DNA of 64,000 nt from Chloroflexota bacterium (lineage in GTDB: Bacteria > Chloroflexota > UBA11872 > VXOZ01): positions 3,298,063 to 3,362,062 of the forward strand of contig OZ244798.1 in assembly GCA_965220015.1 (NCBI GenBank), read 5' to 3'. Under the pieces are notes generated by a model. That model was not told the DNA's origin and did not search any database. It was given only the letters and a program-made list of their open reading frames with translations. Within the stretch, counting starts at the first letter, position 1. Every line of letters begins with the position of its first letter. The position numbers and the translations under genes are program-made. Shown piece after piece: positions 63,147 to 64,000 of this stretch.

Positions 63147-63299
63147 TCGTGATTCCCGCCAGGAAAACCTATCAACTTTATGTCCGCTCACGTTGAGAAT
63201 GACGAATTCCTTTCTGCTACTCTGTCGCCCCATTGACGAACCGGTTCTTGAATCGTCACTATATCCTCAACTACCTACGAACAACGAGGGAGGAACACT

Positions 63300-64000
63300 A
63301 TGTCTGAAGACGTTGGTTTTGTCACAATGGGGCAGTCGTCCGGACAGGAAGACGTGCCGGAGATAGGCGTGGGGATGTTAGGCTATGCCTTCATGGGCAA
63401 AGCCCATAGCAACGCCCTGCGCAAGATACCCTACATGGTAGACCCATTGCCGGCGGTTCCGGCGCTCGTTGCGATATGCGGGCGCAATGAGGCTGCCGTG
63501 CGGGATGCCGCCGCCCGCTACGGCTTCCAGCGCTACTGCACCGACTGGCGTGATCTTATTCTGGACGACGCCATCCAGCTCTTCGATAACGGCGGTCCCA
63601 ACGACACCCACGCCGAGCCCTGCATTGCCGCTGCCGAAGCCGGCAAGAACATCATTTGCGAGAAGCCGCTGGCGCGCACGGCCCAAGAAGCCAAGACCAT
63701 GTTGGAGGCGGTGCAGAAGGCCGGGGTCAAGCACGCTTGCGCCTTCAACTACCGCTTTATACCGGCCTTGCGGCTGGCGCGAGAGATGATCGAGCGCGGC
63801 GAGTTGGGGCAGATCTTTCACTTTCGGGCGGTGTACTTGCAAGAGTGGATCATGGACCCGCAGTTCCCCATGGTCTGGCGCTTGAAGAAGGACATCGCGG
63901 GCAGTGGGTCGCTGGGCGACTTGGGCGCGCACATCATCGATCTCGCGCGCTTCCTCGTGGGCGAGCCAACTGCCATTTCCGGTCTGACGCAGACGTTCAT
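63300..64000 (+). CDS. Gfo/Idh/MocA family oxidoreductase (5' partial, runs off the window end)
   Basis: Strong SD gagggagga before ATG 63300. Open frame to the window end. [18 protein letters not shown] and [15 protein letters not shown] motifs. Not in the supplied ORF list because it lacks a stop. Confidence 0.7.
   Translation, partial: MSEDVGFVTMGQSSGQEDVPEIGVGMLGYAFMGKAHSNALRKIPYMVDPLPAVPALVAICGRNEAAVRDAAARYGFQRYCTDWRDLILDDAIQLFDNGGPNDTHAEPCIAAAEAGKNIICEKPLARTAQEAKTMLEAVQKAGVKHACAFNYRFIPALRLAREMIERGELGQIFHFRAVYLQEWIMDPQFPMVWRLKKDIAGSGSLGDLGAHIIDLARFLVGEPTAISGLTQTF

Noticed and set aside
63378-63932. 184-aa minus-strand ORF
   Set aside because: Antisense to a well-supported plus-strand Gfo/Idh/MocA gene (strong SD, conserved motifs). 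High-GC antisense ORFs are expected artefacts.

Overview
High-GC (roughly 60-65% by eye) bacterial chromosomal window, densely coding on both strands. The backbone is housekeeping and central-metabolism genes: sugar-phosphate isomerases and Gfo/Idh/MocA oxidoreductases, a NagB-like deaminase, a translationally coupled pgsA/dehydrogenase/Ldh_2 trio, the dapA-asd ... dapB-pnp cluster, a form-II CoxSLM-type molybdoenzyme operon with divergent coxG, pepF, lepA, a class-III aminotransferase, PhyH and a tri-PAS membrane protein. This backbone is interrupted by several visibly AT-richer islets that carry accessory or defence-like cargo. (1) A translationally coupled OLD-family-like ABC ATPase plus a standalone DUF4276/TOPRIM-like protein, the best candidate in this window for a poorly described two-gene conflict system. 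(2) A Panacea-domain antitoxin with a small RelE/ParE-like toxin. (3) An HTH plus GIY-YIG (T5orf172-like) orphan. (4) A NucS/DUF91-like PD-(D/E)xK nuclease islet bounded by identical 28-bp perfect palindromes. (5) Two paralogous DUF1640-like small coiled-coil membrane proteins. (6) Tandem Uma2 nucleases inserted in the dap cluster. The window is also unusually rich in short interspersed palindromic (REP/MITE-like) repeats of at least five families, including a 50-51-bp minisatellite and a 20-bp tandem array. No rRNA, tRNA or CRISPR array was found. All assignments rest on motif recognition by eye and need HMM/BLAST confirmation.
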